Source: an uncultured Elusimicrobia bacterium
GTDB lineage: Bacteria > Elusimicrobiota > Elusimicrobia > UBA1565 > UBA9628
NCBI GenBank assembly: GCA_964537395.1
Contig: CAZIBN010000007.1
Location: 2,843 to 66,842 of the forward strand
DNA: 64,000 nt
Reading direction: 5' to 3'
The notes beneath the pieces were generated by a model. The model did no database searches and was not told the DNA's origin. It saw only the letters and a program-made list of their open reading frames with translations. Below are positions 47,852-58,052 of the stretch, piece by piece; the first letter of the stretch is position 1, and every line of letters starts with the position of its first letter. The position numbers and the translations under genes were made by a program.

Positions 47852-48318
47852 TTGATCGTGCAGCCGATCGCGTGCGTCTCGGGCACGCGCACGGGGCGGG
47901 CCGCGACGAGATCGTCGAGCGCGGCGCGCAGATTTGAAACGGCGCCGGCGTAGGCGAGCTTGAGATCGCGATCGAACACGAAGAGCTGGGGCGTATGCGT
48001 CGCGCCGTAGGCCTTGGCGGCCTGCTGGCTCCGGTCGTGGAGGTAGGCGAAGGGGAACCTCTTGTCCGCCGCGCGGAGGACCATGTTCTCGAAGGAGTCC
48101 TCGGGATAGGCGTCGGAGTTGTTGGAGTTGATCGCGGCCATACCAACGCCCATCGGCCGGTATTTATGGAAGATCGCGATGAGCTCGTCCTCGGCCTTCA
48201 TCACGTAGGGGCAGTGGTTGCAGGAGAAGACGATGATCGTCGCCTTGGCGCCCTTGAGGGACTCGAGCGTGTGCGTTTGGCCGTCCACGCCCTTGAGGCT
48301 GAACGCTGGCGCCTTCAT
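47842..48318 (-). CDS. thioredoxin-fold redoxin (AhpC/TSA / thiol-disulfide oxidoreductase-like)
   Basis: FSCNHCPYV active site. The ATG overlaps the upstream GAF gene stop (ATGA). Confidence 0.7.
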   Translation of the reverse strand: MKAPAFSLKGVDGQTHTLESLKGAKATIIVFSCNHCPYVMKAEDELIAIFHKYRPMGVGMAAINSNNSDAYPEDSFENMVLRAADKRFPFAYLHDRSQQAAKAYGATHTPQLFVFDRDLKLAYAGAVSNLRAALDDLVAARPVRVPETHAIGCTIKWK

Positions 48319-49199
48319 GCCTTCTTTTGGAAAGCGGTGATATCCTGGAAGGTGATGCCCGCGCCGACCACCTGGCCGTGCGGATCCTGGATGAGCAAGG
48401 TCGAGTAGCCGAGCACGCGGCTCTGGCCCTTGTGCTTCCAATTCAGATCCCGGCGCTTGACCGTCTCCTTCTTGACCAAAGTGTCCATGAGGATCTCAGC
48501 CATGTCGGGGATCATGATCAAGGTGGCGTCCACGGGCTGGTTCAGCGGAAGATCGGCGTGCAGGCCGAGGATCTTCTTCGCGGCCGGGTTGCACAGCATC
48601 ACACGGCCGTGAATGTCCACCGCGACGAAGCCGCCGCCGAGGTTCTCGAGGATGCTGGCGTTGTGGGCGGTGACCTTGTCGACGGTTGATTCGAGGCGCA
48701 GCGCCCGCAAGGCGGTCGCGCAGGCCGAGCAGGCGGCCTGAACGAACGCGAGGTCGGCTTCGGTGAAGGCTCCGCCTCGTTTGTTGATCAGCTCGAGGAC
48801 GCCGCCCAGCTCTCCGCGCTCGAGCAGGGGCACGGCCAGGACATTGCTCGTTTTGTAGCCCGTCTCCTCGTCGAACTGCTTCAGAAAGCGCGGGTCGTCA
48901 TAGGCGTCGGACGTCAGCACCGGCTCGCGGTACTTCGCGACCCAGCCGCAAAGCCCCTTCCCCGACTCGATGGCGCGCGATTCGAAGCGGTGGCCGGCGG
49001 AGCCGAGCGTGGCGCGGGCGATGAGCTGCTGGGGCTTGGGCAGGAAGACGAAATAGGTCGCGGCCTCGCAGCCGAGCGCCGCGGCGAGCTTGTCGAGGAC
49101 GCGCGCCCAGACCTGGTCCTCCTCGGACTCCGTTACGGAGGACAGGAACTGGAGCAGATCGACGAGGGCGGGCTGGGCTCCGGCGCCCGGCGTGATCAA
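48315..49199 (-). CDS. GAF-PAS sensor protein without an output domain
   Basis: N-terminal GAF domain and C-terminal PAS domain. Confidence 0.65.
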   Translation of the reverse strand: MITPGAGAQPALVDLLQFLSSVTESEEDQVWARVLDKLAAALGCEAATYFVFLPKPQQLIARATLGSAGHRFESRAIESGKGLCGWVAKYREPVLTSDAYDDPRFLKQFDEETGYKTSNVLAVPLLERGELGGVLELINKRGGAFTEADLAFVQAACSACATALRALRLESTVDKVTAHNASILENLGGGFVAVDIHGRVMLCNPAAKKILGLHADLPLNQPVDATLIMIPDMAEILMDTLVKKETVKRRDLNWKHKGQSRVLGYSTLLIQDPHGQVVGAGITFQDITAFQKKA

Positions 49200-51022
49200 G
49201 GCTTCCTCCGGGCGGTGCGCAGGAACTTCTCGAGGCCTTCTGAAAGAGCTCGTGCGAGTTCTTCCCTGAACGACGCATCGTTGAGCAGGGCTTCCTGGTC
49301 GGGGAACATCATGTAGGCGTTCTCCACGAGGATCGCGGGCATCGCGCTTTGGCGGGAGACGAGCAGGTTGCCCCAGCGCAGGCCTTCGTCGCCGAGCCTG
49401 ATCCGCCCGCGATAGGCCTCGTGCACGGCGCGGCCGAGCTCGAGGCTTTGCGGATGGTAGTAGAAGATGGTGAAGCCGCGGGGCTTGCCGAACGGATTCT
49501 CGCCATCGGGCAGCGCGTTGTTGTGCAGGCTCACGAAGATATCCGCGCCGCGCTCCACGGCCTGCTTCGGCCGGTCCGCGAGCGGGACCTCATGCAGAGG
49601 GTCGTTGCGGGTCATCAGGACGGTCGCGCCGCCGCGCTCGAGGCGGGCCTTCGCGGCGAGCGCGATCGCGTAGTTGGCGTCCATCTCGCGCGTGCCGAGC
49701 GGCCCCGTCGCGCCCGTCGCCGACGGCATGTGGCCGGGGTCGAGCATGATCCTGATGCCAGACAGCGGCTTGTACTCCGAGATCCTCGGGGTGCGGCGAA
49801 GCTCGAGGCGCAGCGACCCTCCGTCGTAGCTCGGCCACCAGCCCCACAATACTTCGTTCGGCTTGAGCAGGATGGTCACGGCCACGACATCGGTGGCTTC
49901 CTGGCGCCAGCGGACCTCCTGGACGAAATCGGGCGCGTCGTTGACCATCCAGTTCGTGTGCCCGGTCGCGTTGTACAGGCGCACGGTCATCGCGTCGAGC
50001 CCGGCCGAGGGCTCGATGTCGAAGGCGACCTTCTCCGAGACCCCGATCTTGACGATCGCGCCGAGGTCGGTCTTCGCGATGCCGATCGTTCCGGTCACCG
50101 CGTGAGGTGCGGAGGCGGAGGTCGAGACCTCGACGTCCTTCGCCTCGATCCATCCGGAGAGTGAGTCGGACAGGCGCACGCGCAGCGTGCTATTCTCGCG
50201 GCCGGTCACCGGCAGGCGCGTGCCCGGCAGCGGGAACATCAGGAAGCCGTTCGAGGGCCCGGTCTTCACGCTCGTGAAGCCCGCCGTGCTCATTTTGATC
50301 GTCGCGACTGAGTAGGGCTTTGCGGATGCGGACACCAGAGCCGTTCCCTTGGCCTTCATCGAGGACCAGCCCTGGCCGAGCTCGTATTCGACCTGGCTCG
50401 GCTCGAAGTCCGCCCCGGGGGCGAGGAGCTTCGTTCCTTCATACGTGCCGAGCACGGCGTTGACGACGCGCATGGGCTGCCAGTCGTCCTTGCCGACGCG
50501 GAAGCGCGCGGCCTTGCCCGGGGTGCCTTTCATGCGAACCGTGAGCAGGTCTCCGCCGCGCAACTCCAGGTCAGACTTTGGTGAAAGCGAGGCCGGATCG
50601 ATGGCGAGCTTGCCGGGCAGCGGTTGAGCCGGGACGGGCACGAGGATGCGGCGCTCGGCGATCGCCGTGAAGGACGTCGATAGGACCAGCTCGGCGCGGA
50701 ACGTGAAGGTGCCTGCCGAGATCGGCAGCCAGGCGAGAAAGCCGCCGTTGGGGTGAACGGCTATGGTCGTCCCGTTGATCGTGAAGGGCGCGGTCGCCGG
50801 GGAGACGGAGCCGAGGATGAACTCGCTCTCGGCCGCGAGCGGCATGTTCTCCGGGGGCCAGATGAAGACTATCGGCTCGGTCGAGCGGACCGGATAGAGA
50901 GGCGGCGCGGCGGCGGCCCGGGGCTCTTCGGGCGAGGCCTCGGTCTTGAGCGTATGCTTGGGACGGGCGGCGGCGGGAAGCGCCAGGCCCAGCAATAATA
51001 CGGCTGTGAGCGCTCGATTCAT
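49196..51022 (-). CDS. N-acetylmuramoyl-L-alanine amidase (Amidase_3, AmiC-like) with large N-terminal beta domains
   Basis: Signal peptide. C-terminal Amidase_3 motifs (IMLDPGHM, VSLHNNA, ILVENAYM). Confidence 0.8.
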   Translation of the reverse strand: MNRALTAVLLLGLALPAAARPKHTLKTEASPEEPRAAAAPPLYPVRSTEPIVFIWPPENMPLAAESEFILGSVSPATAPFTINGTTIAVHPNGGFLAWLPISAGTFTFRAELVLSTSFTAIAERRILVPVPAQPLPGKLAIDPASLSPKSDLELRGGDLLTVRMKGTPGKAARFRVGKDDWQPMRVVNAVLGTYEGTKLLAPGADFEPSQVEYELGQGWSSMKAKGTALVSASAKPYSVATIKMSTAGFTSVKTGPSNGFLMFPLPGTRLPVTGRENSTLRVRLSDSLSGWIEAKDVEVSTSASAPHAVTGTIGIAKTDLGAIVKIGVSEKVAFDIEPSAGLDAMTVRLYNATGHTNWMVNDAPDFVQEVRWRQEATDVVAVTILLKPNEVLWGWWPSYDGGSLRLELRRTPRISEYKPLSGIRIMLDPGHMPSATGATGPLGTREMDANYAIALAAKARLERGGATVLMTRNDPLHEVPLADRPKQAVERGADIFVSLHNNALPDGENPFGKPRGFTIFYYHPQSLELGRAVHEAYRGRIRLGDEGLRWGNLLVSRQSAMPAILVENAYMMFPDQEALLNDASFREELARALSEGLEKFLRTARRKP

Positions 51023-51052
51023 GGCCGGAATTCTACCAACTTTCCCTTAAGT

Positions 51053-52774
51053 CTAGTCCTGCGTGTTGGGGGGCTGGCTCGCCCAGAACGGGCGGCCGCC
51101 GAGTGCTACGCGCAGGGTCTTGCGCATCGACGGACGGCCGATCAAGGGCCAGCCGACCAGGCGCGGGTTCTGCATCAGGTGGTCGGTGCCCGCGATGACA
51201 TGGACGGTGGCGCCCGACGCGTCGGCGTCAGACGCGGCCTTGGCGACGGCGCGGTCGAGGTCGCCGTTGCGCACGATCAGGGCGGCCTTCCACAGCTCTT
51301 GATAGCCCCGCCAGGCGATGAGCGCGGCGCGCGCGAGCTCACGGTAATAGCGCCAGCCGCGCAGCTCTCCGTGGGCGAGATGATTGAGCGCGAGCTTGTC
51401 CATGTGGTGCTGAAGCAGGGGGTGCTTGGAGGCGTCGTAGTTGTCGGAGACATCCCAGCCGCGCAGCTCGATCTCGCCGCTCGCGATATTCTTCTCCGTC
51501 AGCGCGTCGGGATCGAGCCCGCGGTCGGCGAGATACTTGATCGCCGGCCAGCCGCGCAGGCTCCAGCCGGTGTAGCCCTCGACGAGGACGATCATCGGCT
51601 TGCCGGGGCGGGCGTCCGCCACCAGGCGCTTCATGTTGGCGGTGATGAGGTCGCCGTCGGTGTGGCGCTCACCGTAGAAATAGACGCGCGCATCCTCTCG
51701 CTTGGCCGCGCCGGGGATCTCGAAGCCCTTCACGTAGGGGCTTTTCTTGTCCGCGAGGACGCGCCGGATGAGGGCGTCGAGCGGCGGGATGCCGTGGCCC
51801 GGGGACTTCTCGATGGGCTGCCAGCCGAAGATGCTGCCGGGAACGGCGACCGAGGCGTAGCCGTCGGGATCCTCAGGATGCTGATTCGCCTTCGGCGAAT
51901 CAATGACGACTTGTGGCGCCTGCGGCGCCGGGGTCAGGTTCAGCTTCGGCGTCTCGGCCGTCTCGACGGAGGCCTCGACCTGCGAGGCGAAGAGCTTGGC
52001 GTCGGCGACGATCGCCTCGAGCGTGCCCTTCGACGCGGCGATCGCCATCTCCTGATCGAAGACCTGCCACACCGCGAGCGCGCGGCGGATGCTGTCGGCG
52101 AGAGGCTTGTCGGCGGGGATGAGGGCGCGGGCCACGCGCACGACCTGCGCCGTGATCTCTCGCGCGGCGGCGTCGGCGGCGGGCGTCGGGGCGGCGGGTG
52201 CGGTGGCGCGGGCTTCCTCGAGGATCGACAGGAAGTCGGCGCCGCTCATGCGCCCCGCCTTGAGGCTCTTCGAATCGGCGAGATCGTCGGCGCGCGCGGC
52301 GAGCGCCTGCGAGGCGCCGGCAGCGTAGGTCAGCTCGGCGGGGGAGGCGGCTTCGTCTGAAGCGGACGGCGCGGACAGAACGGCGCCGGTAAGAAGGGCC
52401 TCGATGTCGCGGCCCGCCGTCAGCGCGGCGGCGCCGGAGGCCGGGTTGTCGCCGAGCGATGCGACGGCCTTGGAGATCCCCGCGTTCAGCGCCGCGATCT
52501 GCGCCGGCACGGGGGCGAAGGCGGCGGGCTGGATCGCCTGCAAGGCGGAGGGGACGATGAGCGGCGCCGGAACCGCAAGCGCGGCGGCAGGCGTCAAGGA
52601 AATTGAGAGCGAGGGGGAGAGGCTCGGGGATGCGAGCAGGCTCGGCGCGGGCGCGGCGGCGAACGGAGCCGCAAGCCCGATCGTCGGCACGGACACGGTG
52701 ACGGGTGCCACGCGGGTCTGCGCCCAGGCGGGCGCGGCCAGCAGAAGCGCGGCTAAGAGCGAGGGGATCCTCAT
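51053..52774 (-). CDS. secreted TraB/GumN/Tiki-superfamily paralogue with roughly 300-aa Ala/Pro/Ser-rich N-terminal extension
   Basis: Signal peptide MRIPSLLAALLLAAPAWA. C-terminal VYFYGERHTDGD and ATVHVIAGTDHL parallel the motifs of the 46057 gene. Confidence 0.5.
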   Translation of the reverse strand: MRIPSLLAALLLAAPAWAQTRVAPVTVSVPTIGLAAPFAAAPAPSLLASPSLSPSLSISLTPAAALAVPAPLIVPSALQAIQPAAFAPVPAQIAALNAGISKAVASLGDNPASGAAALTAGRDIEALLTGAVLSAPSASDEAASPAELTYAAGASQALAARADDLADSKSLKAGRMSGADFLSILEEARATAPAAPTPAADAAAREITAQVVRVARALIPADKPLADSIRRALAVWQVFDQEMAIAASKGTLEAIVADAKLFASQVEASVETAETPKLNLTPAPQAPQVVIDSPKANQHPEDPDGYASVAVPGSIFGWQPIEKSPGHGIPPLDALIRRVLADKKSPYVKGFEIPGAAKREDARVYFYGERHTDGDLITANMKRLVADARPGKPMIVLVEGYTGWSLRGWPAIKYLADRGLDPDALTEKNIASGEIELRGWDVSDNYDASKHPLLQHHMDKLALNHLAHGELRGWRYYRELARAALIAWRGYQELWKAALIVRNGDLDRAVAKAASDADASGATVHVIAGTDHLMQNPRLVGWPLIGRPSMRKTLRVALGGRPFWASQPPNTQD

Positions 52775-52853
52775 CTGATCACCATTATAAGGGAACGGCG
52801 CTATTTGCCCTGGGCCGAAGGTCCCGGCGCTCCTAACGGAAAGGACCTAGACG

Positions 52854-52897
52854 AATTATCCCCATCACTTCCAACGTTGGAAACGCTGGGGATAACT
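52854..52897. repeat. second copy of the 44-bp nested palindrome
   Basis: AATTATCCCCATCACTTCCAACGTTGGAAACGCTGGGGATAACT, immediately 3' of the murC stop. Confidence 0.7.
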
Positions 52898-54256
52898 TTA
52901 TTTTGCTTTTAGCGCGGTCAGGATGGCGAGGGCGAAGTCGGAGAGCGAGGGGTCACGCGCGCCCATCACAATCACGAGGTCTCCTTCCTTCGCTTCGGCC
53001 GCGATCAAGGCCGTGATGGCGGCGCGATCGGGGATGTGAAAGGCGTTGAGGCCCTTGGCTCGCAGGGGTGCGACGACGTCGTTCGAGGAGATGTCCTTGC
53101 TGGCGGTGCCGCCGACATAATAGATGTCGGGAAGCCAGAGATGGTCGCCGGGGCGCAGGCCCTCGGCGAAGGCCGCGATGAGCTCGTTCTTGAGATGGCG
53201 CGTGGGCGCGAAGCCGTGAGGCTGATAGACCGCGAGGATGCGGCGCGCGCGCAGGCGAGCCGCGGTCAAAGTCGCGGCGATCTTGGCGGGATTGTGGGCG
53301 AAGTCGTCGACGACCTCCACTCCTCTCACCGAGCCGAGGCTTTGGAAACGGCGGGCCACGCCTTGGAAGGAGGCCAGCGCCCGGCTGCAGTCGGCGAGCG
53401 ATACGCCCTCGTTGACGCAGGCGGCGATGGCGGCGAGGGCGTTCTCGGCGTTGTGGCGGCCTGGGACGGGAAGCGTGAATGCGACCTCCTTCACGCGAAA
53501 CTGCGAGCCTGCTGCGGTCAGCGTAAGATCCTCGGCGTGTATAGAGCCGGACGACAAGCCGAACGATACGTCGGCGCGGATGTCGGCCAGCGCGGGATCG
53601 TCGGAGTTCACGAGGCCCGTCACGACGTTGGCCCGGAATTTGAGGAAAATCTCGCGCAGGGCGGAGACCTCGAGATGATCCTTGGTCAGGTTGAGGAACA
53701 CGCCCACGGCCGGCTTGTAGTTGACGAGCGACCCGTCGCTCTCATCGGCTTCGACGACGAGGATGTCCGATTTTCCGCGGAAGGCGTTGCCGGTGAGGCC
53801 TTTCTTCTGGAGCGCGATGAGGGCCCCGCCCGTGATGGCCGAGGGCCCGCGTCCGGCGGCCTCGAGGATCTCGAAGATCATGGCCACGACCGTGGACTTG
53901 CCGCTCGTGCCGGTGACCGCGACGGTGCGCATGTCCGATACGTGGCGGGCCAGGAATTCGGAGCGATGCATCAGGGGTACGCCCAAGGCCTTGGCCGCGG
54001 CGATCTCCGGGTTGCTGTCCTCGATGGCTGTGGAGAGCACGACAAGGCTCGTCTCGCGCGTGATGGCGCTGCCGTTCTGGGGGAAGAGGCGCACGCCGAG
54101 TGCTTCGAGCTTGTTGCGCAGGCCCGCGCCGCGGCCGAGGTCGAAATCCCGGTCGGAGCCCGTGGCGGGACCTCCGTCCATGGCGTGGATCTGGGCCAGC
54201 GCGCTCATGCCCGCTCCGCCGATGCCCACGAAGTGGATCAGGGGCTTCGTCGTCAT
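52898..54256 (-). CDS. murC: UDP-N-acetylmuramate--L-alanine ligase
   Basis: HFVGIGGAGMSALA N-terminus and Mur ligase motifs (GTSGKST). Confidence 0.9.
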   Translation of the reverse strand: MTTKPLIHFVGIGGAGMSALAQIHAMDGGPATGSDRDFDLGRGAGLRNKLEALGVRLFPQNGSAITRETSLVVLSTAIEDSNPEIAAAKALGVPLMHRSEFLARHVSDMRTVAVTGTSGKSTVVAMIFEILEAAGRGPSAITGGALIALQKKGLTGNAFRGKSDILVVEADESDGSLVNYKPAVGVFLNLTKDHLEVSALREIFLKFRANVVTGLVNSDDPALADIRADVSFGLSSGSIHAEDLTLTAAGSQFRVKEVAFTLPVPGRHNAENALAAIAACVNEGVSLADCSRALASFQGVARRFQSLGSVRGVEVVDDFAHNPAKIAATLTAARLRARRILAVYQPHGFAPTRHLKNELIAAFAEGLRPGDHLWLPDIYYVGGTASKDISSNDVVAPLRAKGLNAFHIPDRAAITALIAAEAKEGDLVIVMGARDPSLSDFALAILTALKAK

Positions 54257-56218
54257 CTAAAAATACGAGCCGAAGAATACGCGGCGCCGCCGCGGCTTGG
54301 CGAAGGACACATCGGAGACGGCGTCGCCGGACTCGATCGTGGTCAGCGGCTGGCCGAAGCGCTCGAGGAAGGTGGTGCGCAGCACGCGGCCCGAGGATTT
54401 GCGGCTTTCGATGAGCCCGTCGCCGCCGGTGAAGATCATGACGTGCGTGATGCGCTCGCTCGTCTCGTCGTCGGTCAGGAAGATCAGGTCCCCGGCCTGG
54501 AGCTCGGCGCTGCGCGCCGCGCGGCTATGGAGCTTCTGCTCGTGCGAGTCGCGCGGCACGTCGCGGCCGTGGATGCGGTAGGCCAGGCTCACGAGGCCCG
54601 AGCAGTCCACCCCGATCTTCGGATCGGCCTGCACGCCCGAGCGGCCGCCCCAGTAGTAGCTCGTGCCGAGGAAGAGCTCGGCGGTGCGGATGATCTCGGC
54701 GCGGGAGGCGGCGGTGGGCTCGGCGGGCGCCTGGTAAAGCGAAGCGGAGGGGATCTCGGCCAGCGAGCCGTCGAGCAGCCGCACTGTTGTGTTCGAGCCG
54801 CTCTCGCTGACGCGTTCGAGGCGCGTGCCGACGGACAGGGTCAGCATCCTATCGCCGCGCTGGAGAAGGGCCTGGCGCACGCGCACGATCGGGCCGGCCT
54901 TGGGCGGGGGCGTGGACACCAAGGTGTCGGCCTTGATCCAGCCCGGGTAGCCCTGCCACTCGCCGCCGTGAAGGAAGCTTTCCTGTTCTTCAGCGCGCAC
55001 GCGGACCCACTCGCCCTTGGCCTCGAGCGCGGTCACGACCTCGCCGTACAGGATCTGGGAGAGGTGCGCCTCGTCGTCGAGCCTGACGCCGGTGCGGCGC
55101 ACCGGCTTCGTCCACAGATCGGCGACGGGCGCGCCGACGGTGAACGTCCGGGGGAAGGTGGGGCCGAGGAGATAGGCGAGGCCGCGCTTGTGCGCGCGCC
55201 AGACCTTGTGGAACGCGGCGCGCGGATAGACGCGGCGCACCTGGTCCTTGCCTTTGCCGGCGGGATCGTAGGCGATGACGTCGCCCTCGGCCGTGAAGCC
55301 GCCGATCACCATGATGTGGCCGCGCGTCTTCTTGATCGGGGCGTTGGGCAGCTCGCCTTCCGCGAAGGTCACGCTGACGATCACCGGGCGGCCCGCCGCG
55401 ATCTCGGACTCGGCGTCGGCCAGGGACTCGAGCCGCGCGACGCGGCCTTCGAGACCGAGCGAGCCGGCGTAGGCGACGTTCGCGGGCCAGTTGCCGAATA
55501 AAAGGGAGCCGCGGTCTTGCGCGGCGAGCGCGACCTCTTCGAGATCCTTTTTGTGCCCCCAGAATTCGAGGACCATCGCCAGCGAGGTCGGCGAGCAGAT
55601 GTCGTGCTTGTACTTCTCCTGCGCGTCGCCCTGCGAGCGGGGCGAGAGCCCGAGGTCGCGGACCCAGGGGCCGGCCGAGAACGCGGGCGGCGCGTCCGGG
55701 GCCACGGCGTCGGACACCGCGACCGCGACGGAGCGCAGGCGCACGGCCTTCTTGCCGGCCTTGAACTTGAGACGATAACGGAACGCGGAGGCCTTTTTGT
55801 TGAGCTTGAGCGTGTCCACGTCGACGACCCCGGCGGCGTCGACGATCTTGACGGGCGACGTCCAGCCTTTATCGTTGAGCGCCCCGAGCGAGAACCATTC
55901 GGTCCAGCCTTCTTCGAGGCGGACCTTCACGCTGAGCTCCACCTCTCCGCCGGCGGGCACCTCCGCTGTGAAAGAGCCCACGAGGTCGTCGAACGCGAAC
56001 GGGGCCTCGAGATCGCGCGACTCGAGCGTCGCCGTCGCGCCCTTCGTGCGGAACAGGCCTTCGGCTAAAGGCAGGCGCTCGAGGCCCGCGGCGCGGGACC
56101 CGGCGGCGTCAAGCGGCGTGCGGTGAAGGACGTTGTGGTTCATGGCTTGCGCGAAGGACGCTGACAGCATAAAGAAAAAGCCGAGCGACCACAGCGGCCG
56201 CCCGGCTTTTTCATTCAA
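54257..56218 (-). CDS. secreted multidomain peptidoglycan hydrolase (peptidase C39-like domain + SH3-like + C-terminal NlpC/P60)
   Basis: Signal peptide. C39_2-like catalytic Cys (HDICSPTSLAMVLEFWG). NlpC/P60 Cys (GVDCSGLVSLAYRIHG) and His (ITHVMIFTG). Confidence 0.65.
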   Translation of the reverse strand: MNEKAGRPLWSLGFFFMLSASFAQAMNHNVLHRTPLDAAGSRAAGLERLPLAEGLFRTKGATATLESRDLEAPFAFDDLVGSFTAEVPAGGEVELSVKVRLEEGWTEWFSLGALNDKGWTSPVKIVDAAGVVDVDTLKLNKKASAFRYRLKFKAGKKAVRLRSVAVAVSDAVAPDAPPAFSAGPWVRDLGLSPRSQGDAQEKYKHDICSPTSLAMVLEFWGHKKDLEEVALAAQDRGSLLFGNWPANVAYAGSLGLEGRVARLESLADAESEIAAGRPVIVSVTFAEGELPNAPIKKTRGHIMVIGGFTAEGDVIAYDPAGKGKDQVRRVYPRAAFHKVWRAHKRGLAYLLGPTFPRTFTVGAPVADLWTKPVRRTGVRLDDEAHLSQILYGEVVTALEAKGEWVRVRAEEQESFLHGGEWQGYPGWIKADTLVSTPPPKAGPIVRVRQALLQRGDRMLTLSVGTRLERVSESGSNTTVRLLDGSLAEIPSASLYQAPAEPTAASRAEIIRTAELFLGTSYYWGGRSGVQADPKIGVDCSGLVSLAYRIHGRDVPRDSHEQKLHSRAARSAELQAGDLIFLTDDETSERITHVMIFTGGDGLIESRKSSGRVLRTTFLERFGQPLTTIESGDAVSDVSFAKPRRRRVFFGSYF

Positions 56219-56226
56219 AACCGACC

Positions 56227-56541
56227 TTACTTGACGAGCTTGTTCGTCGGCTTGTGGGGAGGATCGTTGGGGGCGCGCGGCGTCACCTTGGGGTTGTCCT
56301 TGAAGGTGGGGGTGAGATCGGCGTTGATCTTCGCCCAGGCGGGATCCTCATCGGCCGAGCCCTTGATCGCGCCGATCGGGCACTCGGGGAGGCAGACGCC
56401 GCAGTCGATGCAGACCTCGGGGTTGATGATCATGAACGCTTCGCCCTTGTACGGGCCGGGGTGGATGCATTCGACGGGGCAGACATCGACGCACGCGGCG
56501 TAAACTTCGCCCAGACAGCCTTCGACGATAATGTGAGTCAT
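56227..56541 (-). CDS. 2x[4Fe-4S] ferredoxin
   Basis: CVDVCPVEC and CIDCGVCLPECP. Confidence 0.85.
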   Translation of the reverse strand: MTHIIVEGCLGEVYAACVDVCPVECIHPGPYKGEAFMIINPEVCIDCGVCLPECPIGAIKGSADEDPAWAKINADLTPTFKDNPKVTPRAPNDPPHKPTNKLVK

Positions 56542-56601
56542 GGTGGTTCTCCCTTTGCGCCGCGTGGCGCGCTACTTAAAAACGCGTTATACTTATCCAG
56601 C

Positions 56602-58047
56602 GTGGTCCATCGTACATCTTCATCCATTTATTGTCAAATTTTCGTCGGCCTTCTCCTTCTGGCCGCGGCGGCGCCCGTGCGCGCCGAGGAAGTCGTCGGC
56701 TCCACCGTGACGATCAGCCCGGCCCTCACGCGCGTGCTCGAGCGGCTGGCCAAGGTGAGGCTGTTCGGCACCGCTTCCCTTAATTGGCGCAACGTCGGCC
56801 CGCGCGAGCCCGGCTTCGAGACTCAGATCCAGAACCAGGTCTACCTCGCCGACATGTATCTCGGCGCCGAGGGTCCCGTGACCGCGGACGTGCCGGTGAG
56901 GCTCGAGTGGAACCTTCCGACCGCGGGCCGCGGCGCGCCGCGCCTGAGCCAGGCCTACGCGGAGTACAACGGCGTACGCCGCATCAAATTCCAGCTCGGC
57001 AAGTTCATGGTCCCGTTCGGGCGCTACAACGAGCTGTACCGCCCCGACCAGTATCTCGCGGTGACGCGCCCGCTGCTCTACGCCTCGCCGGACAGCCTCG
57101 ATCTCGTCGTGCGCCCGAACTCGCCGCGCCCGCCGGTCAGCTACGGCTACAGCGACATCGGCATCCGCTGGAGCTGGTATCCGGTGCGCGTGCACCCGCT
57201 GGTGCCGAGCGAGGCCACGCTCTTCGTCGTCAACGGCATCGGCGAGCAGAAGAACCGCCTTCGCACGTTCCCTAATCCGTCGAACCTCGGCATTCCTGGC
57301 CCCAGCACGAACGGCGTCGTGCCGGACTTCGGCCATGAGAACAACAACCTCGCCGACAACAACAACGCCAAGTCCCTCGGCGGCCGCATCGTGTTCGCCC
57401 TCGGCGACCTGCGCCTGCCCTGGCCCGTCTCCGAGCAAGCGGCCGACCTGAACGGCACTCACCTGGGGCTGTCCGGCATGGGCGGCAACTACGACCTCGA
57501 GGGCGCTCTCAACTACGACATGTGGAGCGCGGACTGGTCCTTCGAATACAAGGGCGTGAACCTGTCCGGCGAGGTGATGTACAGCAAGAACCATTTTCTG
57601 GTGGCGAGGATGGCGCCAGGCGCCACGGAGTCCGCGCCGGTGCTTGTGGCCACGGGCACTCATACACGCAAGCTCGAGCACCTGTACGGCTATTTCATCC
57701 AGGCCTCGTTCCCTCTCATGCGCAAGCCGCCGTACGGCAAGCGTCTGACCGGCGTGCTCGTCTACAACGAGATGTACCGGCGCGGTCCGCTGCTCGACTT
57801 CCTGCTCAACTTCAACGACGGGACCACGACCTTCGACTCCATGACCGCCTACCGTTCCGGGACGCCGTACGTCACCACCCGGATCCGGAAATATACCGGG
57901 GGCCTCCATTGGCAGATGGCCGAGCATTTCGCCTCGAAATTCGAGTACTCCTACTGGGTCATGGGTAAATCCACGATCCGCAGCGTCAACTCCCTCGGCC
58001 TCAACGACATCTACCAGGGCGCCTTTTCTCTGGTCATGGGCTTCTAG
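56602..58047 (+). CDS. outer-membrane beta-barrel protein (porin-like)
   Basis: The GTG lies 8 nt after a TTATACT hexamer. Signal peptide VHRTSSSIYCQIFVGLLLLAAAAPVRA. Alternating amphipathic strands. The C-terminus ends in F (SLVMGF). Confidence 0.6.
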   Translation: MVHRTSSSIYCQIFVGLLLLAAAAPVRAEEVVGSTVTISPALTRVLERLAKVRLFGTASLNWRNVGPREPGFETQIQNQVYLADMYLGAEGPVTADVPVRLEWNLPTAGRGAPRLSQAYAEYNGVRRIKFQLGKFMVPFGRYNELYRPDQYLAVTRPLLYASPDSLDLVVRPNSPRPPVSYGYSDIGIRWSWYPVRVHPLVPSEATLFVVNGIGEQKNRLRTFPNPSNLGIPGPSTNGVVPDFGHENNNLADNNNAKSLGGRIVFALGDLRLPWPVSEQAADLNGTHLGLSGMGGNYDLEGALNYDMWSADWSFEYKGVNLSGEVMYSKNHFLVARMAPGATESAPVLVATGTHTRKLEHLYGYFIQASFPLMRKPPYGKRLTGVLVYNEMYRRGPLLDFLLNFNDGTTTFDSMTAYRSGTPYVTTRIRKYTGGLHWQMAEHFASKFEYSYWVMGKSTIRSVNSLGLNDIYQGAFSLVMGF

Positions 58048-58052
58048 CTGCT

